Part shown: one piece after another, positions 19,226 through 28,558 of the stretch
How the letters are laid out: every line of letters begins with the position of its first letter
Position numbering within the stretch: the first letter of the stretch is position 1
NCBI GenBank assembly: GCA_963977015.1
Contig: CAXBMO010000009.1
Span: 64,001-128,000, forward strand
From: an uncultured bacterium
GTDB taxonomy: Bacteria; Verrucomicrobiota; Verrucomicrobiia; Verrucomicrobiales; DEV007
Reading direction: 5' to 3'
DNA length: 64,000 bases
Notes under the pieces: generated by a model
The model's database searches: none
What the model was told of the DNA's origin: nothing
Seen by the model: the letters and a program-made list of their open reading frames with translations, nothing else
Position numbers and translations under genes: made by a program

Positions 19226-20533
19226 CTACAGGCGACCGCTGCGCTTCACTTCAAGATAGGCGTTGGTCAGCGCGATGGGCAATTCCTCGGCCACGGCATC
19301 AATCGTCACGATTCCGTGACCGTGCAGTTCCTCGAAGACGTTGCGGCGTTCCTCCAGGTAATGATGCGTCGAGCCAAAGAGCAGAGCATCGTCCAACTTT
19401 CGAATCGGGGCCGAAATACAATCCTGAACGGATTTCTCCCGCAGACTCGCCAGCATCACGAGGTGGCGCTGATGGAGAGCCTGGAGTGACGGAATCACAT
19501 CGCTGGCGTCTTCGCTGCGCAAATTGGTGAGGACGACGACCAGGGCGCGACGACGCTGATAGGTCATCAATCGCTCCACGGCTTCGCCGAAATCCGACGG
19601 TTCACGACTGGTTTGATAGTCGTAGAGGTGATTGAGGATTTCGGTCATTCCGTGTTGCCCCTTGATCGGAGGAAGCCAGCGATTGGTGCCTCCAAAGCTC
19701 AACACTCCCATTTTGTCGCCCTGGCGCAAGGCAATGAAGGCCATCAGCAAGGTGGCGTTCAGGCAGTGATCGAATTGGGGAAGGTCGCCATCCACCGCTC
19801 GCATCCGGCGACCGGAATCGATCATCACAATGAGGTTCTGATCGCGCTGTTCCCGGTATTGGCGGCTGATCAGTTCCCGGCGCCTCGCGGTGGCTTTCCA
19901 ATCGATCTGGTTCAACACGTCGCCATCCTGATAGTCGCGAAGCTGATGAAACTCGCGACTCATCCCCTGACGATTGCGATACTTGATGCCCGTCTTCGTC
20001 TCCATGTGTTCCAACGCGAGCAGGCTGTATTCGATGATCGGCTCGTAATTGGGGTAAACCCGGATCACCTCAGGATGCGCAGCATGAGAGGACAAATTCC
20101 ACAGGCGAAGTGGAGACGCTCTCAAGAGATGAGCCTCGCCAAATTCGAGCTGACCACGTTTGAGGGGTTTCACCGAGTAGCTCACCCGCAAATATCCCCG
20201 CCGGGGAATCGCGCCTTTCCACGGCATTTGATCGGTTTCGACATCAGCCGGAATTCCGTCAAAAATGCTAACGCGCGCCTTGGTGAAACCATTATTCGTG
20301 ATCGTCAACTCGATGTCCTGCGCCACGCCGAGCGCAAATCTGGAGGGAACGCTGCGGCTCACCTTCAGCGAGCGCTTGGTCGCCAGGGTGAGCATATCCA
20401 GGAGCGAAAGCAGCCCGACCCCCGCCCCCCCGTAAAGCCAGTAAGGCTCGATGATGGGCACAAACGAAGCGACAAGGCCGGTTAGACCCCAAATCAAAAT
20501 CAGTGTGAGCAAACCGGCGGTAGGTCTCATCAA
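19226..20533 (-). CDS. DUF58 family protein (VWA-like MoxR partner)
   Basis: Two N-terminal TM; EFHQLRDYQDGD, IDWKATAR, IDSGRRM. Confidence 0.9.
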   Translation of the reverse strand: MMRPTAGLLTLILIWGLTGLVASFVPIIEPYWLYGGAGVGLLSLLDMLTLATKRSLKVSRSVPSRFALGVAQDIELTITNNGFTKARVSIFDGIPADVETDQMPWKGAIPRRGYLRVSYSVKPLKRGQLEFGEAHLLRASPLRLWNLSSHAAHPEVIRVYPNYEPIIEYSLLALEHMETKTGIKYRNRQGMSREFHQLRDYQDGDVLNQIDWKATARRRELISRQYREQRDQNLIVMIDSGRRMRAVDGDLPQFDHCLNATLLMAFIALRQGDKMGVLSFGGTNRWLPPIKGQHGMTEILNHLYDYQTSREPSDFGEAVERLMTYQRRRALVVVLTNLRSEDASDVIPSLQALHQRHLVMLASLREKSVQDCISAPIRKLDDALLFGSTHHYLEERRNVFEELHGHGIVTIDAVAEELPIALTNAYLEVKRSGRL

Positions 20534-20551
20534 CGCGTCAACATCAGAAGC

Positions 20552-21628
20552 CTACTCTCTTGGTGGCGGAACGGTTTCTCCAATTTGCCCCAGCACGTGA
20601 TCGATGGTCTGGCCGCTGATGACCATCTCCGGCGAAAGCGCAACCCGATGTCGCAAGACCGGGAGAACCGCCTGCTTCACATCGTGCGGGGTAATGAATT
20701 CCCGTCCATCCATCACCGCATACGCTTTGGCGATTCGGACCAGTCCGATGGCGCCACGCGTTCCGGCACCAAGACCGACTCCCTGCGCCGTCCGCGTTGC
20801 CCGCGCGATATTCAGGGCATAACTGACCACCTCATCCACGGCCTTGACGCTGGCGACGTCATTCTGCGCTCGAATCAGATCCTCCTTCCCACAAACCTGA
20901 TCCACTTCCTCGGGACGAAGGCCTCGCCCGGACGCGCCACTCGCAGACGCCGAGACAATCTGATGTTCGTTCTCGAGGCTCGGATAGTCGATCAGCACCT
21001 TCATGAGAAATCGGTCGAGCTGCGCCTCGGGCAAGGGATAGGTTCCTTCCTGCTCGATTGGGTTCTGCGTCGCAATCGCCATGAACGGAGGATCAAGAAC
21101 GAAGCTTTGGCCGTCGATCGTCACCTGTGCCTCCTGCATCACCTCGAGCAGGGCGGATTGGGTCTTGGCGGGCGCGCGGTTGATCTCGTCCGCAAGGAGC
21201 AGGTTGGCGAAAACCGGCCCTTTCCGAACGGTAAACTCCTGCGCGTTCATGTCGTACAGGGTGTGTCCGGTGACGTCGCTCGGCATCAAATCCGGGGTGA
21301 ACTGAATTCGGCCAAAACTGCCGCCAAAGGTATGGGCCATCGCAACGACGAGATGGGTTTTCCCCAGCCCGGGCTTTCCTTCCAGAAGAACGTGACCGCC
21401 GGAAATCAGACACGCCAAAACCTGACGAACCACTTCATCCTGGCCGAGAAAGACGCGGCGAACCTGAGTTCGAATTCGCTCCAAGAGCGCTGCGGTTTCG
21501 CCAAAAGGATGGGCAGTTGCCACGGGCACGGCGGACACGGCTGGAACCGAAACCGGTGCCTGAGGAATCGCTGGGGGCGGCGGTGGTGGGCTTGGACTCA
21601 GAGGAGTTGTTGGATCAATGTCACTCAT
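20552..21628 (-). CDS. moxR: MoxR family AAA+ ATPase
   Basis: GHVLLEGKPGLGKT, RIQFTPDLMPSD, LLADEINRAPAKTQSALLE, ATQNPIEQEGTYPLPEAQLDRF. Confidence 0.95.
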   Translation of the reverse strand: MSDIDPTTPLSPSPPPPPPAIPQAPVSVPAVSAVPVATAHPFGETAALLERIRTQVRRVFLGQDEVVRQVLACLISGGHVLLEGKPGLGKTHLVVAMAHTFGGSFGRIQFTPDLMPSDVTGHTLYDMNAQEFTVRKGPVFANLLLADEINRAPAKTQSALLEVMQEAQVTIDGQSFVLDPPFMAIATQNPIEQEGTYPLPEAQLDRFLMKVLIDYPSLENEHQIVSASASGASGRGLRPEEVDQVCGKEDLIRAQNDVASVKAVDEVVSYALNIARATRTAQGVGLGAGTRGAIGLVRIAKAYAVMDGREFITPHDVKQAVLPVLRHRVALSPEMVISGQTIDHVLGQIGETVPPPRE

Positions 21629-22818
21629 TGGGAAAGGTCAATTTTTTGGAGGTCGCGAAGGAGTTCTTTGAGGCGGTCGGATTTTCTGACGGTCTCCGTC
21701 TGCATGGCCTTGCGCACCTTCTCTACCGGCAGACCGCTCGAATCCGCGAGGCTCACGAGCATGTCTTCGACATCGGCTTCACCGAAGGTCAGCGCTTTCT
21801 GCTGGTAACGACGCTGAATGCGCCGCCGGATTGGTCCCAGCAGCGGGCTCACACAATGATGCTTCCACAAGAATCCGCCGCTCATGGCGAGGTGCGACGT
21901 GAACTCGCGGGGCGCGGGTTCCGGACTGGGAAGTTTGGGGCCAAAACGGGGAACGCTTCGCCACAGCCAGAAAATCACGAACACCAGCAAACTGAGAAGC
22001 GGCATCCAACCATACTTCCACAGCAGCGCCCAAAACGAGGTGCGCGCGCTTCGCAGCAGCCAAACCGCGGCTGCGCCCGGTTGCAGAGTCACGATTTTCC
22101 AAAGGAACTCCGCGTGGTCGTTGTCACCGACATTCCGGTTCTGCCAGGGATAGGCGTCCGCCAGCAGGGTCAGGCGTCCCGCGCCGTAGGGATAACTGGC
22201 AAAGGAAAACCCGCCTTTGCCGCCACTCTTGATCACATCGCCCTGCAACATCCATTCCGGCTCGATCTGAAATCCCACTCCTTTTGGCACGCTCACTTCC
22301 AGCCTTTCGCCATTGACACGAATCGCTTTTGTCGACCGTCTCCGCTCCTTGACCTCGATACTCAGCCAATCCAGCAACGGTTCTTCGCTGTCCTCAAGCT
22401 CTTCCGCTTCGCTGGATTCCGCCTCCGTTTCGTCGTCGGATTCGATTCCGGCATTCCAGGCTCCCAGAAAATCGTTCCGATCCCGGTGAATGTAAATGAG
22501 GTGCCCACCTTGCTCAGCCCACTCCAGGACTCGCCAGGCTTGATTGGAACTTTCAATCGCCGTTTTGGGAACCACCATCACCACATCAAAATTCGGCAGT
22601 TCGACCAGGCTGAATTGGCGGCTCGCATCGAGTCCCATCCGGGTGAGGAACCGTTCGGCGGCGAGAAACGGGTTCACCCGAGCCTCACCGCGGTAGCCGA
22701 GTTCGACTTCCTCCTTCACCATGTCTTCCCGGCACCCCAGGCTTGAAAGCACCAAAACTCCGACGGCCGCGAACCGCGACCACCGAACCCATACCCTCGT
22801 TTTCACGCCCCTCTTCAC
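21625..22818 (-). CDS. DUF4350 domain protein, possible lipoprotein with a C-terminal TM
   Basis: LSSLGC lipobox-like; EARVNPFLAAERFL; NRNVGDNDHAEFLW; TM then PRFGP; operon context. Confidence 0.75.
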   Translation of the reverse strand: MKRGVKTRVWVRWSRFAAVGVLVLSSLGCREDMVKEEVELGYRGEARVNPFLAAERFLTRMGLDASRQFSLVELPNFDVVMVVPKTAIESSNQAWRVLEWAEQGGHLIYIHRDRNDFLGAWNAGIESDDETEAESSEAEELEDSEEPLLDWLSIEVKERRRSTKAIRVNGERLEVSVPKGVGFQIEPEWMLQGDVIKSGGKGGFSFASYPYGAGRLTLLADAYPWQNRNVGDNDHAEFLWKIVTLQPGAAAVWLLRSARTSFWALLWKYGWMPLLSLLVFVIFWLWRSVPRFGPKLPSPEPAPREFTSHLAMSGGFLWKHHCVSPLLGPIRRRIQRRYQQKALTFGEADVEDMLVSLADSSGLPVEKVRKAMQTETVRKSDRLKELLRDLQKIDLSQ

Positions 22819-24275
22819 CGCGCCTTTCGTGGGTTAAAGTCAAAGGGCCAATTTTCGAAAAGATCGCCAATCTCGGGGCTCGAAGGCTCCTTGTTGCCGT
22901 AGGCGATCCCCACCCAGATTCGCGTCAATCTGGCAAAATAACCGGCCTGCTTATCCTGGATTCCAGCACGACTCCGCTCCAAACACTCATGCTCGGTGTC
23001 GCTCTCCAAAATCGGGACATTTGCCTGGTTAATCATCCAACTGATCGCTCCGCGATACAGCATGCTGATCGAGCCCTGGCGGTCACCAGCTTCCCAGAGT
23101 TTGCGCGCCTTGCCCGCGATATCGCGCGGCAAAGACTCCCGCTGCACATTCATGCCCATGACGACTTTGGCCTTGGGCATTTCGGGAACCTCCACCGTTC
23201 TCATTCCCGACCGGGCGAGCCGAATCAACAAGATGAGAATAAAAACGACGCCGACCGCAATCAACGCGATTCGAATCAACTCCGCCAACCCGGCACCTCC
23301 GCTCCACATCCACCCGAGATCGAGCCAGCTCGGGCCCTGATCCGGACGTCCTTCCGGATTGTGCCGCCAACGGGTTTCGGTGCGGATTTCAAAGTCGTCG
23401 TGCTCAAGAACCGCCGTGATCACTTCCTTGGGATCGGACGACGGAGCCGCGTTGTCCTGCGCGAGCAACCCACTGATACCAACCAACCAAACCAGCACCA
23501 GGACCGTGAGAGCGTTCTGCAATCTGGCGCTCAGTCGCCGAAACGCGATCTCGACATCCCAGCCTTCAATCTCGGTTCGCGTGTTGAGGTAAAGCCCAAA
23601 TCCACCTCCCACATAAAAGGGAGTCATCAAGGTGAGCGCGGTGAGATAGAGACCGATCCAGGTCCAGATGAAGAAGAGCGGCGCACCTTGAATCGTCTCG
23701 ACAATTCCGCCACTTTCGAACAGATCAGGATGCGGCTGATACTGCGGCGGAACCATGAAGTAGATCAAAACCATGATTCCCAGCCATATGGAATGGAGAA
23801 AGATTAGGCACACGATCTGCATTGCGAAGGCGGTGCCCCCCGCCCGCTGCGAGAGAACGCCTGCCCGCTCAAAAAACTTTCGCCCACGAAGCCCTTCCAA
23901 CTGGGAGACGGACATCACCAAGGTTCGCTGCGCGGTAAATCGGCGAATGAAGAGGTCCATGAACAGGTCCCGGAAAAAGAGTCGAAATCCGTTCTTCAGA
24001 AAATCCCGGGTTCGCGGCGGGTTGCCAAAGAGCGATTGGCTCAGCACAAACAGCGGAACCCGCTCGTAAATCGGCTTCAGCCACCAGATCAACACGATCG
24101 CGACATCGAGCCGGTTGTGAAAGACTCCGAGAATCACCACCCAAACCGGAATGACGGACAGCAGCCAGAAGCGTTGAATCACTCCGTAATGGCGACGGGC
24201 CAACGCCCATCCCAGATCGACCGCCTCCCAATCGCTACGCGGCCGAATCACGGCGGTTAACTTCTCAAGCTCCAC
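22815..24275 (-). CDS. Multi-TM membrane protein with C-terminal DUF4129
   Basis: RPRSDWEAVDLG, WWLKPIYER, QLEGL, LYLNTRTEIEGWDVE, TEHECL..W..AYG. Confidence 0.8.
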   Translation of the reverse strand: MELEKLTAVIRPRSDWEAVDLGWALARRHYGVIQRFWLLSVIPVWVVILGVFHNRLDVAIVLIWWLKPIYERVPLFVLSQSLFGNPPRTRDFLKNGFRLFFRDLFMDLFIRRFTAQRTLVMSVSQLEGLRGRKFFERAGVLSQRAGGTAFAMQIVCLIFLHSIWLGIMVLIYFMVPPQYQPHPDLFESGGIVETIQGAPLFFIWTWIGLYLTALTLMTPFYVGGGFGLYLNTRTEIEGWDVEIAFRRLSARLQNALTVLVLVWLVGISGLLAQDNAAPSSDPKEVITAVLEHDDFEIRTETRWRHNPEGRPDQGPSWLDLGWMWSGGAGLAELIRIALIAVGVVFILILLIRLARSGMRTVEVPEMPKAKVVMGMNVQRESLPRDIAGKARKLWEAGDRQGSISMLYRGAISWMINQANVPILESDTEHECLERSRAGIQDKQAGYFARLTRIWVGIAYGNKEPSSPEIGDLFENWPFDFNPRKAR

Positions 24276-25236
24276 GCAACGTCCCCCTTCCTGCCAACAG
24301 CAAGTAAGCCGTCATCGTGACGACGATGACCACCCCAAAGGTGTATTTCACGTTCTCGGGAAACGCGACCGGCGACCAGAAGCCTTCAATCACAGCGGCG
24401 AACGTGGTCATGAACGCGGCTCCAAAAAGGAGACGAATCGCCACGCGCCCCGACCGCACCAACGCATCTCTCCGGGAGAACCGGCCCGGTTTGATCATGG
24501 CAAAACCGATCTTGAAACCGGCCATGGCCGCGAAAATCATCCCGATCAACTCCGGCGTGGCGTGACCACTGGTCCAGTTGAGAAACTTCATCGGGTCGCC
24601 CGCCTGCATGAGGTATCCGGTTGAAGCGCCCATCGCCAGACCATTGAAAATCACAAAGAAGATCGTGCCCAATCCAAACAAGGCGCCACCGGCAAAAATC
24701 CGCAGATCAATCCCAACATTGTTGCGAATGTAAAAGGCGAACATGGCGAAGTTCGAACCAAAGTTGTCCCGCAAATCCGAGACGTCCGCATCGTGACCAA
24801 AGCCCATTTGCAACATCCGCATCTGTTCGGGAGAAAGGATGGACTCCACCCAACGCTGATCGAAATAGCTGGAGGCCACCATCGCAAAAAACGGCGCCCA
24901 GAACAGCAGCATCGTCAGCCAGAAAAGACGCCATTCCTTGCGAACGATCTGCGGCAACTCGGCCCCGAGAAAGCGCCATCCACGACGCCAGAAATGGTTC
25001 ACCTCACGATGAATGTGATGGTAGCTGCGAATGACCAGGCGGTTGAGCCGCTCACTCAAACTCAGCCCATACATGCGGTGCTCCGCGAGTGAGGCATCGC
25101 TACAGGCCTGACGAAACAGCCCCGGCAATCGCTCGGCATCTTCCGGCTCCGGTTTTCCCTGGTCCAGCCGGTCCAAAACCCCTTCAAGGTCTCGCCAACG
25201 ATCTTCGTTCTGATTTTGGAAGGTGTTTGAATTCAT
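24265..25236 (-). CDS. SpoIIM/DUF95 family integral membrane protein
   Basis: FYIRNNVGI, FNGLAMG, HATPEL, AAVIEGFWSP. Confidence 0.85.
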   Translation of the reverse strand: MNSNTFQNQNEDRWRDLEGVLDRLDQGKPEPEDAERLPGLFRQACSDASLAEHRMYGLSLSERLNRLVIRSYHHIHREVNHFWRRGWRFLGAELPQIVRKEWRLFWLTMLLFWAPFFAMVASSYFDQRWVESILSPEQMRMLQMGFGHDADVSDLRDNFGSNFAMFAFYIRNNVGIDLRIFAGGALFGLGTIFFVIFNGLAMGASTGYLMQAGDPMKFLNWTSGHATPELIGMIFAAMAGFKIGFAMIKPGRFSRRDALVRSGRVAIRLLFGAAFMTTFAAVIEGFWSPVAFPENVKYTFGVVIVVTMTAYLLLAGRGTLRGA

Positions 25237-25248
25237 CGCCGTTTCGTC

Positions 25249-26001
25249 CTAGCCCGAGGTCCTGACCCACTGGGCAATCCGTTCCAGTTTCTCAACCGAA
25301 GACCGGCCTTCGGCTTGCGTCAGTGCGCCTGCCAGATTCGCCAATTCTTCCTGGCGAGGCTCCGACCAGTTCTCAATCCGGTCGGCAAACGCAACAATAG
25401 CGCCCTGTTCTTCGCGACTCAATGGATTTGGAGGATGAAGGGCGCGAATCACCGCTTCCGGGCTGGTTTCCCGTTCTTTCGGCTTCGGATCCGCATAGAC
25501 GACCAGGGTTCCGGCCGCCAAATCGCCCAATCGCTGAAACGTTTTCGTCATCAGGCAGGAGGCAAGACCAATTCCATAGGTAAACGGGAGTACATCGACA
25601 AACCTTAGGACGTTCCGAATCACCGCTTGCGTCAGAGAAATTGGCGCACCGGAAGTCCGCACCACCCGAAGGCCAAACGCGCGCTTTCCGGGCGTTGCTC
25701 CTTTCGGCGAATGCTCAAACCACACGAAATACCCCCACTCGATCAGAAAAAGGGCCAACAGCAGAAATCCCTGACCGATTTGATTGCCGTCTTCCCCGCC
25801 AATCGCGGCACCGGTGATCAGAAAAATCACCACGGCCACGGCAAAGGTGATCGCCGATTTCACCAACGTATCGACCATGAAAGCGAGGCTGCGCACCGCC
25901 GGGCCTGCCACCCGCAACCGGATTTCTGCGCCTTCGGCAATCTCAATCTTCTGAAGGGTGTCGAGCTGATCCGTCACAAAGTTGGTTCCTGATGAAACCA
26001 C
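25249..26001 (-). CDS. RDD family membrane protein
   Basis: RSLAFMVD, GATPGKRAFGLRV, IRNVLRFVD, QRLGDLAAGTLVV. Confidence 0.9.
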   Translation of the reverse strand: MVSSGTNFVTDQLDTLQKIEIAEGAEIRLRVAGPAVRSLAFMVDTLVKSAITFAVAVVIFLITGAAIGGEDGNQIGQGFLLLALFLIEWGYFVWFEHSPKGATPGKRAFGLRVVRTSGAPISLTQAVIRNVLRFVDVLPFTYGIGLASCLMTKTFQRLGDLAAGTLVVYADPKPKERETSPEAVIRALHPPNPLSREEQGAIVAFADRIENWSEPRQEELANLAGALTQAEGRSSVEKLERIAQWVRTSG

Positions 26002-26047
26002 AAAGTGCCGGATTCGCGAGAATAAAACGCCTCACCGCTAGCCCGGG

Positions 26048-27466
26048 CTAGGCCAAAATCGGCTTCACCACATGTCCGTGGACGTCGGTGAGGCGAAAAT
26101 AGCGGCCTTGATAGCGATGGGTGAGTCGCTCGTGATCAATCCCCAACAAATGGAGCACGGTGGCGTGAAAATCGTGAATATGAACGCCGTCACTCGCGAT
26201 GTTGTAGCAGTAATCATCGGTTTCACCATGGCTGTGACCGGGCCGAATCCCTCCTCCCGCCATCCACATGGTGAAGCAACGGGGATGATGGTCGCGACCG
26301 AAATTCTTGGCATTGAACTTGCCCTGACAGTAGTTCGTTCGACCGAATTCACCGCCCCAAATCACGAGCGTGTCGTCCAGCATCCCCCGCGATTTCAAAT
26401 CCTCAATCAAAGCGGCACTGGGTTGGTCCGTTTCCCCCGCCTGACGCGTGATCCCGCCGGGAAGCCCTCCGTGCTGATCCCAGCCCGGATGATAGAGTTG
26501 GATGAAACGAACCCCGCGCTCCGCCAGGCGACGAGCCATCAGGCAGTTGGCCGCAAACGTTCCCGGTTTCTTCGCGTCCTCGCCGTAGAGTTTGAAGGTT
26601 GATTCCGGCTCATCCTCAATCGCGGTAACATCAGGAATGGAGGACTGCATCCGGAAGGCCATTTCGTATTGCGAAATTCGCGTATCCAGCTCCACATCGC
26701 CGGTTCGCTCCCGCTGAATTTCGTGCAATTCGTTCAATCGATCGAGCATCTGGCGACGCCCCCTGGAATCGATCCCGTTCGGACTGTTCAGATAGAGGAC
26801 CGCGTCCTTGTCGGCGCGAAACCGAACCCCGGCGTGTTTTCCGGGCAAAAAACCGCTTCCCCAAAGTCGCGAAACCAGCGGCTGCCCACCTTTGTTCTTC
26901 GTCACGAGCACGACAAATGCCGGCAAATTCTCGTTCGTGGTCCCCAGTCCATAACTGAGCCAGGCCCCCATGCTGGGGCGGCCGGGAAACTGGGACCCCG
27001 TCTGCATGAAGGTCACGCCGGGGCCGTGATTGATCGCCTCCGTATACATCGACTTCACGAAGCAGAGATTGTCGGCAACTTTCGCGGTGTGCGGCAGCAA
27101 ATCACTGATCCAGGCCCCACTTTCCCCGTGTTGCTGAAATTTGAAGGGAGATCCGACCAAGGGCAAACTGGCCTGATTGCCGCTCATTCCGGTCAAACGC
27201 TGACCCTGGCGGACGGAATCCGGGAGTTCCTGGCCGGTTTCCGCAACGAGACGCGGTTTGTGATCGAAAAGATCCATCTGCGACGGACCGCCCGACTGAA
27301 ACAGGTAAATGACGCGTTTTGCCTTGGCCTGATGATGAAATCCGCTCTCCTGCGCCAACAAATCGGTCAACGCGAGCGAACCAAGCCCCCCGCCAAACCG
27401 TTGCAAAGCGGCGCGGCGACTCAGGCCAAGGGGGGATTCATATCCAGTGCAAGTCATCAGCTTCAT
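26048..27466 (-). CDS. DUF1501 family protein with Tat signal
   Basis: SRRAAL, AKRVIYLFQSGGPSQMDLFD, GWDQH, GEFGRT, GRDHHP, RYFRLTDVHG. Confidence 0.9.
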   Translation of the reverse strand: MKLMTCTGYESPLGLSRRAALQRFGGGLGSLALTDLLAQESGFHHQAKAKRVIYLFQSGGPSQMDLFDHKPRLVAETGQELPDSVRQGQRLTGMSGNQASLPLVGSPFKFQQHGESGAWISDLLPHTAKVADNLCFVKSMYTEAINHGPGVTFMQTGSQFPGRPSMGAWLSYGLGTTNENLPAFVVLVTKNKGGQPLVSRLWGSGFLPGKHAGVRFRADKDAVLYLNSPNGIDSRGRRQMLDRLNELHEIQRERTGDVELDTRISQYEMAFRMQSSIPDVTAIEDEPESTFKLYGEDAKKPGTFAANCLMARRLAERGVRFIQLYHPGWDQHGGLPGGITRQAGETDQPSAALIEDLKSRGMLDDTLVIWGGEFGRTNYCQGKFNAKNFGRDHHPRCFTMWMAGGGIRPGHSHGETDDYCYNIASDGVHIHDFHATVLHLLGIDHERLTHRYQGRYFRLTDVHGHVVKPILA

Positions 27467-27565
27467 CCACGAAGGAATAGCCAACATCCTATCGTCCTTA
27501 CGGTCGCGAGTAAATCCCCGCTGTAGAGGTTGATCAGTCCGGGGTTTCGCCCATCGTTAGTGCAG

Positions 27566-28558
27566 ATGCCGAAGTCGAATGCCAAAACCTGGAATTGGGG
27601 ACTGATCGGGCCTGGACGATTCGCGCGGGAATTCGCCGAAGAACTCAAAACCGTCGAGCGGGCCCGGCTTGTCGCCGTGGGGTCGCGCGATGAGAAACGA
27701 GCACAGGATTTTGCCTCCGAATTCGGCTTCGAACGAGCCCACGGAAGCTACGACGCGTTCTTCGCCGATCCCGATATCGACATCGTTTACATTGTCGTGC
27801 CGCACGTGTTTCACGCCGAACTCGCAAAAGCCGCTCTCAGCGCGGGTAAGGCGGTTTTGTGCGAGAAACCGCTGACGCCGAGCGCAAGGGAAACCCGGGA
27901 CTTGGTTCAGTTTGCCGAGCGGCAGGGCCGATTCCTGATGGAGGCGATGAAAACCGGATTCCTTCCCGCCATGCTTCAGGCGAAAACCTGGATCGAGAAT
28001 GGAGCGATTGGCACACCGAAATTGGCCAAGGCCGATTTTTGCTTTCGTGGGCCGAGCGATCCCAAGGACCGGCTCATGAATCCGGACCTGGCGGGTGGCG
28101 CGGTGCTGGATGTCGGGATCTACCCGCTCTACCTCGCTCGCTTTTTGCTCGGAGAAATTTCCGGGATTCACGCGACCGGATCACTCGCCACGACCGGCGT
28201 TGAAGATTCCGCGGCGATGATCGCGAAACACGAGAACGGGGCTTCGTCCGCCATGACCTGTTCCTTCCAGGCGGCAGAAGCGATGGACGCCGTGATTCTC
28301 GGAACCGAGGGCGAAATCCGGATTCCCAAGTTTCACGCCGCGACCCGAGCGGAGCTTTGGCGCGACGGAACCGTGATCGAAACCTGTGACGATGACTCGG
28401 GCGGAATGGTGAAAGCCGAGATCGAAGCCGTTCTCGAGAGCCTGGATCACGGTCGGATCGAATGCCCGCAACACCATCACCACGATTCAATTCGCCTCGC
28501 CGAAGTGATGGATGAAGTCCGTCTCCAGCTCGGCTCCCAACTTCCCGCCACCTCATGA
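27566..28558 (+). CDS. Gfo/Idh/MocA family oxidoreductase
   Basis: WGLIGPG, DIVYI, VLCEKP, LMEAM, GGAVLDVGIYP. Confidence 0.9.
   Translation: MPKSNAKTWNWGLIGPGRFAREFAEELKTVERARLVAVGSRDEKRAQDFASEFGFERAHGSYDAFFADPDIDIVYIVVPHVFHAELAKAALSAGKAVLCEKPLTPSARETRDLVQFAERQGRFLMEAMKTGFLPAMLQAKTWIENGAIGTPKLAKADFCFRGPSDPKDRLMNPDLAGGAVLDVGIYPLYLARFLLGEISGIHATGSLATTGVEDSAAMIAKHENGASSAMTCSFQAAEAMDAVILGTEGEIRIPKFHAATRAELWRDGTVIETCDDDSGGMVKAEIEAVLESLDHGRIECPQHHHHDSIRLAEVMDEVRLQLGSQLPATS

Noticed and set aside
24265..25236. Evidence of sporulation from the SpoIIM-family gene
   Set aside because: The family is widespread in non-sporulating bacteria within MoxR operons
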